This document shows, piece after piece, positions 25,723 to 35,934 of a DNA stretch of 64,000 bases; position 1 is the first letter of the stretch, and every line of letters begins with the position of its first letter. The position numbers were made by a program, and so were the translations under genes. Source of the stretch: Clostridiales bacterium (GTDB lineage: Bacteria > Bacillota > Clostridia > Christensenellales > UBA1242). The notes under the pieces are model-generated. The model saw only the letters and a list, made by a program, of their open reading frames with translations. It did not search any database and was not told where the DNA came from. The stretch is taken from the NCBI GenBank assembly GCA_015069395.1, contig SVIR01000002.1:82005-146004 (forward strand), read 5' to 3'.

Positions 25723-28328
25723 CAAAAATTAAAGAACCATCAGCAATGATGAAACACTATTTGCAAACGAAAGAAAACTATAAGGACTGTATAGTTTTTT
25801 ATCGCTTGGGTGACTTTTATGAACTTTTCTATGACGATGCAATTGAAATTTCAAACGTTTTAGACCTTACTTTGACTCACAAAAGTTGTGGCTTGGACGA
25901 AAAGGCTCCAATGTGTGGAGTCCCTTATCATGCAGCTGAAAATTATATTGCAAAACTCGTTGCTCTTGGTTATAAAGTGGCAATCTGCGAACAACTATCA
26001 GAGCCAAAAAAAGGTGTAAAAGTCGTTGAAAGAGATGTTGTAAGAGTAGTTACTGCAGGAACTGTAACTGACGACAATATGCTTGAAGAAAGAAAAAACA
26101 ATTACATAATGTCACTTTATATATCAAACGATAAGTTGTCGGCTGTATATTGTGATATTACAACTGGGGAGATGAACCTGTGTCATTTTGATGGAGGGCT
26201 TGAAAGCAACTTTAGTGATTTGCTCAACAGAGTTATGCCATCACAAATTATTGGTGATTCAAAAGCGAAAGAGTTTTATAATGCTTTGCCTATTTTGAAA
26301 TTTGGGGTTTATCCAAAATTTGAAGAATATTTTGAATATGCCTATGCTTATGACAAAGCAAAAGAAAATGTTTGTTTGCAGTTTGGGGATAACGCGATCA
26401 ACGTGTTTGAACTCAAATCAAACAAACAAGATGTTCCTGCTGTTGGTGGTCTTTTGGAATATCTTAAAGAAACTCAAAAGAGAACCTTGAAAAATATTTC
26501 AAAAATCACAAAAGTCAGAAATGATCAATTTATGATTATTGATATGAATACAAGAAGAAATCTTGAGCTAGTCGAGTCAATCAGAGAACGTAAAAAATAT
26601 GGTTCTCTTCTTTGGCTTTTGGACAAGACAAAAACAAGCATAGGTGCAAGAAGATTTAGATCAATTTTTGATCAACCTTTGCAATCAAGCACAGAAATCA
26701 ATGAAAGACTTGATAGCGTTGAAGAACTTACCAAAAATCTAATTTTGAGAGATAGATTGTCTGAAAGTCTGGCAAATATAAAAGATATAGAAAGAATTGC
26801 AGGAAAAATCGCATACGGAAATGTTTTGCCAAATGATTTGTTGCAACTTAAAAATTCTTTGGCAGAACTTCCAAAAATTAAGAGTTTTTTGATAAACATA
26901 AAGACAAAAAAGTTGACTGCTTGCAGAGAAAATTTAGTAGACTTTTCTCAAATAGTAGAGCTTCTTGACAAGGCTATCAAACCAAAACCACCAGCTCTTT
27001 TAAAAGAGGGTGGTTATATAAACGATGGCTTCAATCAAGAGTTAGACGATCTTCGACATGCAAAAGCGACAGCAAAAAGAGAATGTGAGCTTTTGGAAGA
27101 AAAAGAAAAAGAACTTACAGGCATCAAAAATTTGAAAATTCACTGCAACAGTGTGTTTGGATATTATATCGAAGTTAGCAAAGGACAAACAGAACTTGTG
27201 CCTTTGAGATATGTTAGAAAACAAACAATTGCAAATGCAGAAAGATACACAACAGAAGATTTGCAAAAAATTGAAGACAAAATCTTCAATTCTGTAGAAT
27301 ATGCAATCAAGTTGGAAGAAAAATTGTATAAAACTTTGATTGAATATTTGACAAACTATTTGTCTGCTTTTGCAGAGGTATCAAAAAATATCGCAGAAAT
27401 TGATATGTTGTTGTCATTGGCAGAATGTTCCGTAAAATACAACTTCTGCAAACCTGTTATAAACAGAAATGTTAAACAAATAAAAATTGAGCAAGGCAGA
27501 CATCCAATTGTCGAACAATTTGTAAAAGAAAACTTTATTTCAAATGATACATTGCTGGATAACGACGAAAACAAAATGGCGATTATTACTGGGCCAAATA
27601 TGGCAGGTAAGAGCACATTTATGAGACAAGTTGCTCTTATAGTTTTTATGGCTCATATTGGCAGTTTTGTCCCTGCGAAATATGCCGAAATTGCAATTAC
27701 AGATCGCATTTTTACAAGAGTTGGTGCTAGTGACGATTTGGCGTTTGGGCAAAGCACATTTATGGTTGAAATGAGCGAAGTGGCCAATATTTTGGCAAAT
27801 GCTACAGACAAGAGTCTGGTTGTATTGGACGAAATCGGAAGAGGCACGTCTACTTTTGATGGACTTTCAATAGCTTGGGCAGTTGTTGAATATATTTCAA
27901 AAAACCTCAATTGCAAGACATTGTTTGCGACACATTATCACGAACTTTCAGAATTGGAAGGTGTGATTAGAGGTGTAAAAAACTATAAAATCACAGTTAA
28001 AGAAATGAACGATACAATTGTGTTTTTGAGAAAAATTGTCAGGGGGCACGCAAACAAGAGTTTTGGTGTGGAAGTTGCTCAACTTGCAGGTGTTCCACAA
28101 AAAGTCGTTGATAGGGCCAAAGAAATTAGTTTAAATCTTGAAAAAGTCAACCAAAAACTTGATATGAACATCTTTGGTGAGGACGAAGAAAAAACTAGAC
28201 AAGAAAAAAACAATAAATTGGGGCAAAAGATACTTTCAATTTTAAGAGATATTGACATAAATAGAATGTCACCAATAGAAGCATTTGAAATTTTACACGA
28301 TTTGATTGACAAATCAAAATCAGAATAG
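25719..28328 (+). CDS. mutS: DNA mismatch repair protein MutS
   Basis: FYRLGDFYELFYDDA, ITGPNMAGKSTFMRQ, LDEIGRGTSTFDG, ATHYHEL. Confidence 0.95.
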   Translation: MTKIKEPSAMMKHYLQTKENYKDCIVFYRLGDFYELFYDDAIEISNVLDLTLTHKSCGLDEKAPMCGVPYHAAENYIAKLVALGYKVAICEQLSEPKKGVKVVERDVVRVVTAGTVTDDNMLEERKNNYIMSLYISNDKLSAVYCDITTGEMNLCHFDGGLESNFSDLLNRVMPSQIIGDSKAKEFYNALPILKFGVYPKFEEYFEYAYAYDKAKENVCLQFGDNAINVFELKSNKQDVPAVGGLLEYLKETQKRTLKNISKITKVRNDQFMIIDMNTRRNLELVESIRERKKYGSLLWLLDKTKTSIGARRFRSIFDQPLQSSTEINERLDSVEELTKNLILRDRLSESLANIKDIERIAGKIAYGNVLPNDLLQLKNSLAELPKIKSFLINIKTKKLTACRENLVDFSQIVELLDKAIKPKPPALLKEGGYINDGFNQELDDLRHAKATAKRECELLEEKEKELTGIKNLKIHCNSVFGYYIEVSKGQTELVPLRYVRKQTIANAERYTTEDLQKIEDKIFNSVEYAIKLEEKLYKTLIEYLTNYLSAFAEVSKNIAEIDMLLSLAECSVKYNFCKPVINRNVKQIKIEQGRHPIVEQFVKENFISNDTLLDNDENKMAIITGPNMAGKSTFMRQVALIVFMAHIGSFVPAKYAEIAITDRIFTRVGASDDLAFGQSTFMVEMSEVANILANATDKSLVVLDEIGRGTSTFDGLSIAWAVVEYISKNLNCKTLFATHYHELSELEGVIRGVKNYKITVKEMNDTIVFLRKIVRGHANKSFGVEVAQLAGVPQKVVDRAKEISLNLEKVNQKLDMNIFGEDEEKTRQEKNNKLGQKILSILRDIDINRMSPIEAFEILHDLIDKSKSE

Positions 28329-28336
28329 GAGGCTTT

Positions 28337-30265
28337 ATGGCTATTAATGTTCTTTCTCCAAGAATTTACAATCGCATTTCAGCAGGCGAAGTTGTTGAAA
28401 GGCCTGCATCGGTTGTGAAAGAACTTGTTGAAAACAGTCTTGATGCTGGGGCAACAAAAATTAGAGTGGAAGTTGAAGAGGGTGGAATAAAAAAAATGGC
28501 TGTTTACGACAATGGTTGTGGAATTGCCAAAGAGGACATTCCTCTTGCTTTTTTGCCACACGCAACAAGCAAAATAGCCGACATTGACGATCTTGATGCG
28601 ATTTCAACATTGGGCTTTCGTGGAGAGGCTTTGGCAAGCATTTGCTCGGTTTCTATGGTAGAACTATCCACAAAAACAAAAGACTCTGAAATGGGCTATA
28701 AAATTGATGCGAGTGGTGGGGATATATCTAAAATAAGTGAAGTTGCGAGATTAGATGGAACCACACTTTTGGTTCAAAATTTGTTTTATAATACTCCAGC
28801 GAGAGCCAAATTTTTAAAAAGGCCAAAACAAGAAGAGGGTGAAATTACACATCTAGTTGAAAAATTTATGCTTGCAAATCCACAGGTTGATTTTGAATAT
28901 ATTGTCGATGGCAAGACGGTTTACAATCACACTTCTGGACAACTCGACGAAGTGATTTATTTGATTTATGGCAAAGACATTTATGAAAAACTTTTAAAGC
29001 TAGATTATACAGAAGACGATATAAAGGTGCATGGTTATATTGTTTCGCCAAAACTTTCGCGCCCAAACAGAACCTATCAATCACTTTTTGTAAATGGTCG
29101 TTATGTCGAAAATTATATGGTATCTGCTTGTGTGCAAGGAGCATACGAACCCCTTCTCATGAAGGGAAGGTTTCCCATTTATGTTATCAAATTGGAGCTT
29201 CCTTTTGATAGGGTTGATGTAAATGTTCACCCAAACAAAAAAGAAGTTAAATTTGACAATTCTTCAAAGATTTTTGGGATTATTAGAAGAGCTGTCGAAA
29301 AGGCTTTGGTTGGAACAAATTTGATTGCTGATTTTGAATTTACGAGCAAAGAAGAAAGAGAATGGGAAAAATTTGACATTAAAAACGAGTTGCATCCACA
29401 ACAAACAACTTTTGACTCATATCAAAAAAGCACACTAGATAAACTTTCTCCAGACGAGGGAGCAAGTTTTGTTTCAGTTGATAGAAAAGACTTGTCAGAA
29501 AAGTTGCAATCTCCAAAAGAGAAGAAAAATGAAGTTGAAATTGTTACAATGCCTCAATTTTCAATAATTACAACTGACAAACAAAACAAAAATCGCCATG
29601 GTGGAAGAATTTTCTTTGATCAATCTGGGGATAGTTTATACAACGAAATAAAGCTTGAAGTCGAAAAAGAGCAAAAAGAGGCGTTTTTGTTGACGCAAGC
29701 TCAAGAAATCAAGATTGTTGGAGTTGTGTTTAAGACCTATATTATTACAGAATTTCAAGATAGTTTGTATGTAATTGATCAACACGCCATGCACGAGAGA
29801 CAACTTTATGACAAACTCAAAAAACAAGTAGATCAAAACAATATTGCAAAACAAGATATGCTTTTGCCATATGTGTTTGAGTTAAAAGCAAAGGACAAAA
29901 TGCTCTTTGAAAGCAAATTACAAAATTTGAAGAAAATTGGCTTTGAAATTGAAGCACAAGGAGACAAATTCAATATTTGTGCGATACCTTTTGTTTTGTC
30001 GGGGATAAACTTGGAAAACTTTATTGCAGATATTTTGGCTGACGATTCGACAAATGAAAAAACAGCAAGTCAATTTATCAATGAAAAATTATGTCAAACA
30101 GCTTGCAAACATGCAATTCGAGCAGGAGACGATGTAACAAAAGAAGAGATTTTCTATCTTATAGACGAAATGAAAAATGGGGTTGCTTTATGTCCACATG
30201 GCAGACCTATTATCACAAAGATAACTAAAAAAGAACTTGAAAAAATGTTTAAGAGGGTTTTATAA
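28337..30265 (+). CDS. mutL: DNA mismatch repair protein MutL
   Basis: RISAGEVVERPASVVKELVENSLDAGA, DNGCGI, GFRGEAL, CPHGRP near the C-terminus. Confidence 0.95.
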   Translation: MAINVLSPRIYNRISAGEVVERPASVVKELVENSLDAGATKIRVEVEEGGIKKMAVYDNGCGIAKEDIPLAFLPHATSKIADIDDLDAISTLGFRGEALASICSVSMVELSTKTKDSEMGYKIDASGGDISKISEVARLDGTTLLVQNLFYNTPARAKFLKRPKQEEGEITHLVEKFMLANPQVDFEYIVDGKTVYNHTSGQLDEVIYLIYGKDIYEKLLKLDYTEDDIKVHGYIVSPKLSRPNRTYQSLFVNGRYVENYMVSACVQGAYEPLLMKGRFPIYVIKLELPFDRVDVNVHPNKKEVKFDNSSKIFGIIRRAVEKALVGTNLIADFEFTSKEEREWEKFDIKNELHPQQTTFDSYQKSTLDKLSPDEGASFVSVDRKDLSEKLQSPKEKKNEVEIVTMPQFSIITTDKQNKNRHGGRIFFDQSGDSLYNEIKLEVEKEQKEAFLLTQAQEIKIVGVVFKTYIITEFQDSLYVIDQHAMHERQLYDKLKKQVDQNNIAKQDMLLPYVFELKAKDKMLFESKLQNLKKIGFEIEAQGDKFNICAIPFVLSGINLENFIADILADDSTNEKTASQFINEKLCQTACKHAIRAGDDVTKEEIFYLIDEMKNGVALCPHGRPIITKITKKELEKMFKRVL

Positions 30266-31170
30266 TGAAGAAAAAAGTGGTTTTTATTTTGGGCCCTACT
30301 GCAGTTGGAAAAACATATTTTAGTGTGATGCTTGCCAAAAAATATAACGGTGAGATTATCTCTGCAGATTCAGTTCAAATATACAAAGGATTAAATATAG
30401 GCTCTGCAAAAGTTACTGAAGAAGAAATGTCTGGTATAAAGCACTATGCAATCGATATCTTAGAGCCAGAGCAAGAGTTTTCGGTCTACGATTTTGTTGA
30501 ATATACAAAGCAAAAAATAGACGAAATTTTGCAAAAAGGTAAACTTCCAATTATTGTTGGTGGAACGGCTTTATATGTAAAAGCCCTTACCCTAGGTTAT
30601 AATTTTGGTGGAGTTGAAAAAGACGACAATTTAAGGAAACAATTGGAAGATTTGGCTAAAGAAAAGGGAAATGAGCACTTGTATGAGATGCTCAAAGAAA
30701 AAAATCCTGATTTGGCAGAAAAAACAGACAAACACAACACCGTTAGACTTGTCAGAGCTCTTGAAATTGCGCTTTCAAACGGAAAAAAAGATAAAGTTGA
30801 TGTTGATATTGAGCCTTTGATTTTAGCTTTAAACAAAGACCGAGCCTTGCTTTATGATGCGATCAATAAAAGAGTTGATATTATGCTTGAAAACGGACTT
30901 ATTGAAGAAGTTGAAGGACTTAAAAAACGAGGGCTTTCAAGAGAGAATCAATCAATGAGGGCAATCGATTATAAAGAAGTTTTAGGTTATTTAGAAGGCG
31001 AATACGATTATGATCGTATGGTTGAACTTTTAAAGCAACATAGCAGAAATTATGCAAAAAGACAATTGACATTCTTGAGAGGAATGGACGATGTCAACTT
31101 TGTTGATGTTCAAGACTTAGACAAGGCGAAAAATCAAATCTTTACTCTTGTGGAGGAGTTTTTGAAATGA
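30265..31170 (+). CDS. miaA: tRNA dimethylallyltransferase MiaA
   Basis: ILGPTAVGKT, SADSVQIYKGLNIGSAK, AKRQLTF. Confidence 0.9.
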   Translation: MKKKVVFILGPTAVGKTYFSVMLAKKYNGEIISADSVQIYKGLNIGSAKVTEEEMSGIKHYAIDILEPEQEFSVYDFVEYTKQKIDEILQKGKLPIIVGGTALYVKALTLGYNFGGVEKDDNLRKQLEDLAKEKGNEHLYEMLKEKNPDLAEKTDKHNTVRLVRALEIALSNGKKDKVDVDIEPLILALNKDRALLYDAINKRVDIMLENGLIEEVEGLKKRGLSRENQSMRAIDYKEVLGYLEGEYDYDRMVELLKQHSRNYAKRQLTFLRGMDDVNFVDVQDLDKAKNQIFTLVEEFLK

Positions 31171-32390
31171 CAAATTTAGAAATAATTGAAGAAATTGAAA
31201 GAGGTTTGGAGCCAACATTCAAAAATATTGAAAAAATAGCATATTTAAACCAGAAAAAAGTGTTGGACGCATTTAAAGAAATGGGAGTTTCTACTCAACA
31301 CTTTGCCGGAACAAGTGGTTATGGTTATACTGACAAAGGAAGGGACGATTTTGCAAGGGTTGTTGCCAAAATTTTTGGTGCAGAAGATGCTTTGTGTTCA
31401 CCACATCTTACTTGTGGAACTCATACAATTGCAACTGCTTTGTATGGTCTGTTGAGGCCAAAAGACCTTATGATTTCAATTACAGGAAGACTTTATGACA
31501 CACTAGAAAATACCCTTTATGGAAAAGACAACGGAAGTTTGGAAAGCTTGGGAGTTTCGATTAAATATGTCGATCTGAAAGACAGTAAGTTTGACACAGA
31601 AAAAATTTATAAAGAAGTAAAGAAATACAAGCCAAGGGTTGTTTTTGTTCAAAAGTCTAGAGGCTATAGCGATAGAAAAGCAATTTCAGTTGCTCAAATG
31701 AAAGAGGTTTTTGCAAAGATAAAAGAGCTTTCTCCAAAAAGTTTTATTGTTGTTGACAACTGCTATGGAGAATTTGTTGAAACTCAAGAGCCTACAGAAG
31801 TTGGTGCTGATGTTTGTATGGGGTCTTTCATAAAAAATATAGGTGGTTCTCTTGCTCCAACGGGAGGTTATATCGTAGGGACAAAAATTGCAATTGAAAA
31901 CATTGAAAGAAGATTTACTTGTCCTTCTCTAGGAAGAGAAACAGGCTCTTACGAACCGGGGTATAGACTTTTTTATCAGGGATTGTTTTTGGCTCCACAC
32001 GTGGTTTCTCAAGCCATTAAGGGGAGTTATTTGATTGGTGAGGTTATGAAAAGACAGGGGTATAAAATTATTCCTGAGACTGACGAAGTTGGTTATGATA
32101 TTATCAAATCGGTTGTGTTTGACACTAAAGAAGAACTTATTCGTTTTGTACAGCTTATCCAATCTCTTTCTCCAGTTGATAGCAACTGCTTGCCAGAACC
32201 TTATCCAATGTCTGGGTATAATTGCGACGTAATTATGGCAGCAGGAACCTTTGTTGAAGGAGCTTCTATTGAGCTCTCTTGTGACAGTCCTATCAGAAGT
32301 CCTTATATTGGATATTTTCAAGGGGGAATAACTTACGAGCAACTCAAGATTGTTGCAGAACAACTTGTAGATTTTAAAGAGAATAATTAA
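31167..32390 (+). CDS. Methionine gamma-lyase-family / aluminium-resistance-family protein (YnbB-like)
   Basis: GTSGYGYTDKGRDDFARVVAKIFGAEDALCSPHLTCGTHTI...LYDTLE. Confidence 0.7.
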   Translation: MTNLEIIEEIERGLEPTFKNIEKIAYLNQKKVLDAFKEMGVSTQHFAGTSGYGYTDKGRDDFARVVAKIFGAEDALCSPHLTCGTHTIATALYGLLRPKDLMISITGRLYDTLENTLYGKDNGSLESLGVSIKYVDLKDSKFDTEKIYKEVKKYKPRVVFVQKSRGYSDRKAISVAQMKEVFAKIKELSPKSFIVVDNCYGEFVETQEPTEVGADVCMGSFIKNIGGSLAPTGGYIVGTKIAIENIERRFTCPSLGRETGSYEPGYRLFYQGLFLAPHVVSQAIKGSYLIGEVMKRQGYKIIPETDEVGYDIIKSVVFDTKEELIRFVQLIQSLSPVDSNCLPEPYPMSGYNCDVIMAAGTFVEGASIELSCDSPIRSPYIGYFQGGITYEQLKIVAEQLVDFKENN

Positions 32391-32449
32391 TTTAAGAAAA
32401 AGGACTGCGTTGCTGTTCTTTTTTTTAAGTAAAAAAAATACCATATTAT

Positions 32450-33073
32450 ATGGTAAAATCTTATAAATCTCATTCCTTTATTAATGGTTTAAAATTCTCC
32501 TGTTCAAATGCTATAAAGCAAAACAAAATAAAACTGATATTGACTTTGGCACTTGTATTAGTTGCAATTTTTACAGGAGTCTTTGTAGCGATAAAATCAA
32601 ACAATTCTCACAGTTTGGGGCAATTGCAAGAGATTTCTTTGGGAGATTTTTATTCGGGGGTGGCCGCATCTTCGTCAGCTTTTTTTTCTCGAACAATCTC
32701 TTTGTTGGTAAACGTTGTTCTGATTGCCTTGTTGTCTTTTTCCGTTTTTTTATTTCCTATAGCAGAAGTTTTGTTTGTGTATAGAGGTTATCTCTTTGGA
32801 CTGAACTTTACTTTAATTTTTATTATGTATGGAATGGGCTCAATAATTACTGCTATAGTTGTAATTCTGCCTTGTCAATTGTTGACATTGGGAGTTTTGA
32901 TTTTGGGCTATATCATTTTGCAAAGACTTAATGCAAATTGCAAAAAATTTGGTGGTTCTGAAAGCAATAGGTTTTTGTTTGTTTTGCTTATGTTTCTTTT
33001 AGTTGTTTTAATAAACCTTCTTGAAACATTACTTTTGTTTATGCTTAATGGAAAGGTTATTTTAGTGATTTAA
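32450..33073 (+). CDS. Integral membrane protein (possibly SpoIIM-like; weak)
   Basis: 207 aa, ~5 TM. N-terminal ~25 aa, then a TM helix as in SpoIIM. No SD. The start codon lies inside a 17-nt palindrome. Confidence 0.5.
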   Translation: MVKSYKSHSFINGLKFSCSNAIKQNKIKLILTLALVLVAIFTGVFVAIKSNNSHSLGQLQEISLGDFYSGVAASSSAFFSRTISLLVNVVLIALLSFSVFLFPIAEVLFVYRGYLFGLNFTLIFIMYGMGSIITAIVVILPCQLLTLGVLILGYIILQRLNANCKKFGGSESNRFLFVLLMFLLVVLINLLETLLLFMLNGKVILVI

Positions 33074-33127
33074 TATTTTGAATAAAAGATTCCTTTTTGA
33101 AAAAACTATCAACAAAGGAGTTTTTTT

Positions 33128-34288
33128 ATGAAAAAAGTTTTATCAAGTTTGGTGCTTTGTTTTTTAGCTTTTGCTTTATTGCTTTGTGGCACTCAAACAT
33201 ATTCGTTACAGGCATCTGCCGAAACCGAACTGTTGATAAACAGCAAAAGTGCTTTGCTTATGGAGTATGATAGTGGTGAAATTTTGTTTGCAAAAAACGA
33301 AAAGGAGCATCTTCCTGTGGCGAGTATGGTAAAAATGATGACCATTTTGATTGCTTTAGAAGAATTGGAAGCGGGAAATGTAAATCTCGACACTAAAATA
33401 ACTACAACCGAAAACGCTTCAAGTATGGGAGGTTCGCAAGTATTTCTTGATCCATATGTAGATTATAGTTTTGAAGAGCTTCTCAAGTCTGTTATTATGG
33501 CCTCAGCAAATGATGCAAGCGTTGCTTTGGCAGAATATTTCAACGGAAACGAAAATGCTTTTGTAAACAGAATGAACAGAAAAGCAAAAGAGTTGGGAAT
33601 GACTGATACTCATTATGCAAACTGCACTGGCTTGCCTGCGCCCGAACAATATTCTTCAGCTAAAGATAGTGCTATTTTGCTTAAAGAAATTGTTAAACAC
33701 GATGTTTATCACAAATTTAGTACCATTTGGATAGACGAATTGGTGCACCCATCAGGAAGAAAAACTGAATTGGTGAACACAAATAGATTGATTAGATATT
33801 ATCAAGGGTGTGATGGTGGAAAAACGGGCTCTACAAATGAAGCAGGGTGTTGTTTAGGGGCGTCTGCAAAAAGAGGCGATATGAGGCTTGTAGCTGTTAT
33901 TTTGGGGGCTCAAAACAGCAAAACTCGTTTTAATGAAACAGCCTCACTCTTTAATTATGGTTTTGCAAACTTTGAAAGCCAAAAATTGGTTGATTGTGAG
34001 CAAGCAGTTGCCAATATCTCAGTGTCAAAAGGAAAAAAAGATGTTGTAGATGTTTATGCCCAAGAAAGTTTTTCTGCTGTTATGAAAAAATGTGACAAAT
34101 CTGGTTATGAAACGGTGTTGAAAGTGGAACAAAAAATTTCTGCCCCAGCAAAAGCAGGAGAAAAGGTCGGCGAGATTGTTGTTGTCAGAAATGGCAACGA
34201 AATAAAGAAAATTCCTGTCATTTTGAAAGAAGACTTAAAAGCATTGTCTTGGTTTGAAACGGCTCAGAAAATTCTAAAAAATTGGTAA
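33128..34288 (+). CDS. D-alanyl-D-alanine carboxypeptidase (S11, PBP5/DacB-like)
   Basis: Signal peptide. VASMVKMMT (SxxK), SANDA (SxN), KTGST (KTG). Confidence 0.9.
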   Translation: MKKVLSSLVLCFLAFALLLCGTQTYSLQASAETELLINSKSALLMEYDSGEILFAKNEKEHLPVASMVKMMTILIALEELEAGNVNLDTKITTTENASSMGGSQVFLDPYVDYSFEELLKSVIMASANDASVALAEYFNGNENAFVNRMNRKAKELGMTDTHYANCTGLPAPEQYSSAKDSAILLKEIVKHDVYHKFSTIWIDELVHPSGRKTELVNTNRLIRYYQGCDGGKTGSTNEAGCCLGASAKRGDMRLVAVILGAQNSKTRFNETASLFNYGFANFESQKLVDCEQAVANISVSKGKKDVVDVYAQESFSAVMKKCDKSGYETVLKVEQKISAPAKAGEKVGEIVVVRNGNEIKKIPVILKEDLKALSWFETAQKILKNW

Positions 34289-34295
34289 TTGCGTT

Positions 34296-34326
34296 GAAAA
34301 GGGCCTTTAAGCCCTTTTCTTTTTTG
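34296..34326 (+). terminator. Intrinsic terminator
   Basis: gaaaagggc-ctttaa-gcccttttc followed by a T-run. Confidence 0.65.
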
Positions 34327-34388
34327 TTTTTGCTTGCTTTTTTATGTTTGTGTTTGTTATAATCAATTTGTAAAGTTTAGGAGTTTTT

Positions 34389-35165
34389 ATGGAAGCACAA
34401 GAAGAAAAAGTTGAACAAACAAAAAGCAAGGATATGCTTTTGTCTTCTGATGCCTATAGATTTAAACTCGACAACTTTGAAGGTCCGTTGGATCTTTTGT
34501 TGCATTTGATTAAAGATGCAAAATTGGATATCGCAACGGTAAAACTTGCCGACATCACAGAACAATACCTTGAATATATGCAAGACATCAAAAGTGTTGA
34601 TATGGACAAGGCTAGTGAATTCATTACCGTGGCTGCAACACTAATTGAAATCAAGTCAAAGAGTGTGTTGCCAGTTGAAAAAGAAGCAGAACCTGACGAA
34701 GAAGACGACGAAGCATTGCTTCTGAGAAGACTCAAAGAGTACGAACTTTTCAAAGAAGCTGGCAAGGGGCTCAAAGAGATTGAAGACATCAACAAACTCT
34801 ATCGTGCACCAGGTAAAGAGACGGAAAAGGTTAAGGTTGTTATCAAAGATTTGGTTTTGGATCAGTTGCTTGATGCTTTTGCAAAACTTTTAACAAGAGA
34901 ACAACTTAAAAAAGCCGTACAAAACGAACAGCCTAAAAAGATTGTTAAAGATAGATTTACGGTTGCAGAAAAGATTATTTCAATCAGAAATTATGCAAAA
35001 GAACACAAAAGGTTTGAGTTTGAAGAACTCTTCAATGAAGATATGACAAAGAGTGAACTTATCAACGTGTTTTTGGCGTTGCTCGAGCTTTTGAAATTGC
35101 AAGCCGTAAAGGTTTTGCAAGCTGGCACGTTCTCAAACATTGTGATTACGGCAAATGAGGTGTAA
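34389..35165 (+). CDS. scpA: Segregation and condensation protein A
   Basis: LDNFEGPLDLLLHLIKDAKLDI...ITEQYLEYM. Confidence 0.9.
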   Translation: MEAQEEKVEQTKSKDMLLSSDAYRFKLDNFEGPLDLLLHLIKDAKLDIATVKLADITEQYLEYMQDIKSVDMDKASEFITVAATLIEIKSKSVLPVEKEAEPDEEDDEALLLRRLKEYELFKEAGKGLKEIEDINKLYRAPGKETEKVKVVIKDLVLDQLLDAFAKLLTREQLKKAVQNEQPKKIVKDRFTVAEKIISIRNYAKEHKRFEFEELFNEDMTKSELINVFLALLELLKLQAVKVLQAGTFSNIVITANEV

Positions 35166-35166
35166 A

Positions 35167-35832
35167 ATGATTGTAGAAAATAAAAAGGACTTAAAAGAAA
35201 TTGTATTGTCTATTCTTTTCGTTGCTGGTGAAGGCATCGAAAGGTCTTTTATTTTGCAAAAATTGGATATCACTGAAAAAGAACTTGACAATGTATTGGA
35301 AGAACTCAAAAAAGAATATTGTGACAACAAAGGCATTAGCTTGATATTCTACAAAAACAAAGTCCAACTTGCATCAAATCCGGCTTATGCAGAATATATA
35401 AGTGCAGTCTTAAATCCAATTAGAGAAAAATCATTGACTAGAGCAGCGCTTGAAACTTTGGCTATTATTGCATATAAACAACCAATTACAAAACTTGAAA
35501 TTGAAGATATTAGAAGAGTAAATTGTGATTATGCTGTTCAAATCTTGGTTGATCAAAATATGATTGAAGTTGTAGGCAGAAAAGATGCTGTAGGAAAACC
35601 TCTTCTTTTTGGCACAACCGAACAATTTTTAAAGAGGTTTAATCTTACAGATCTGGCAGAATTGCCTGATTATGAAAACCTTTTGGAAAGAATCAACATT
35701 ATTGAAAGTGGAGAAGAAAACAAAAGTGATAGCTTATACAACGAGTTTTCTTTGCCAGAAGAAGAAATTCCAGAATTTTTGCAAGGTGAAGATGGTTTAG
35801 AGGCAATTTCTGCTGAAGATACGACTGCTTAA
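35167..35832 (+). CDS. scpB: Segregation and condensation protein B
   Basis: ILFVAGEGI..., ALETLAIIAYKQPITKLEIEDIRRV, GRKDAVGKPLLFGTT. Confidence 0.9.
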   Translation: MIVENKKDLKEIVLSILFVAGEGIERSFILQKLDITEKELDNVLEELKKEYCDNKGISLIFYKNKVQLASNPAYAEYISAVLNPIREKSLTRAALETLAIIAYKQPITKLEIEDIRRVNCDYAVQILVDQNMIEVVGRKDAVGKPLLFGTTEQFLKRFNLTDLAELPDYENLLERINIIESGEENKSDSLYNEFSLPEEEIPEFLQGEDGLEAISAEDTTA

Positions 35833-35874
35833 ATCAAGTTTTATATCAGAAAAACCAAACATATAATTTTTTAT

Positions 35875-35904
35875 AAACTATCAAAAATATTTTGATAGTT
35901 TTTT
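35875..35904 (+). terminator. Intrinsic terminator after scpB
   Basis: aaactatcaaaa-ata-ttttgatagttt followed by a T-run. Confidence 0.6.
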
Positions 35905-35934
35905 CTTTGTCTTTTTGCAATCTTGGGAGGTAGA

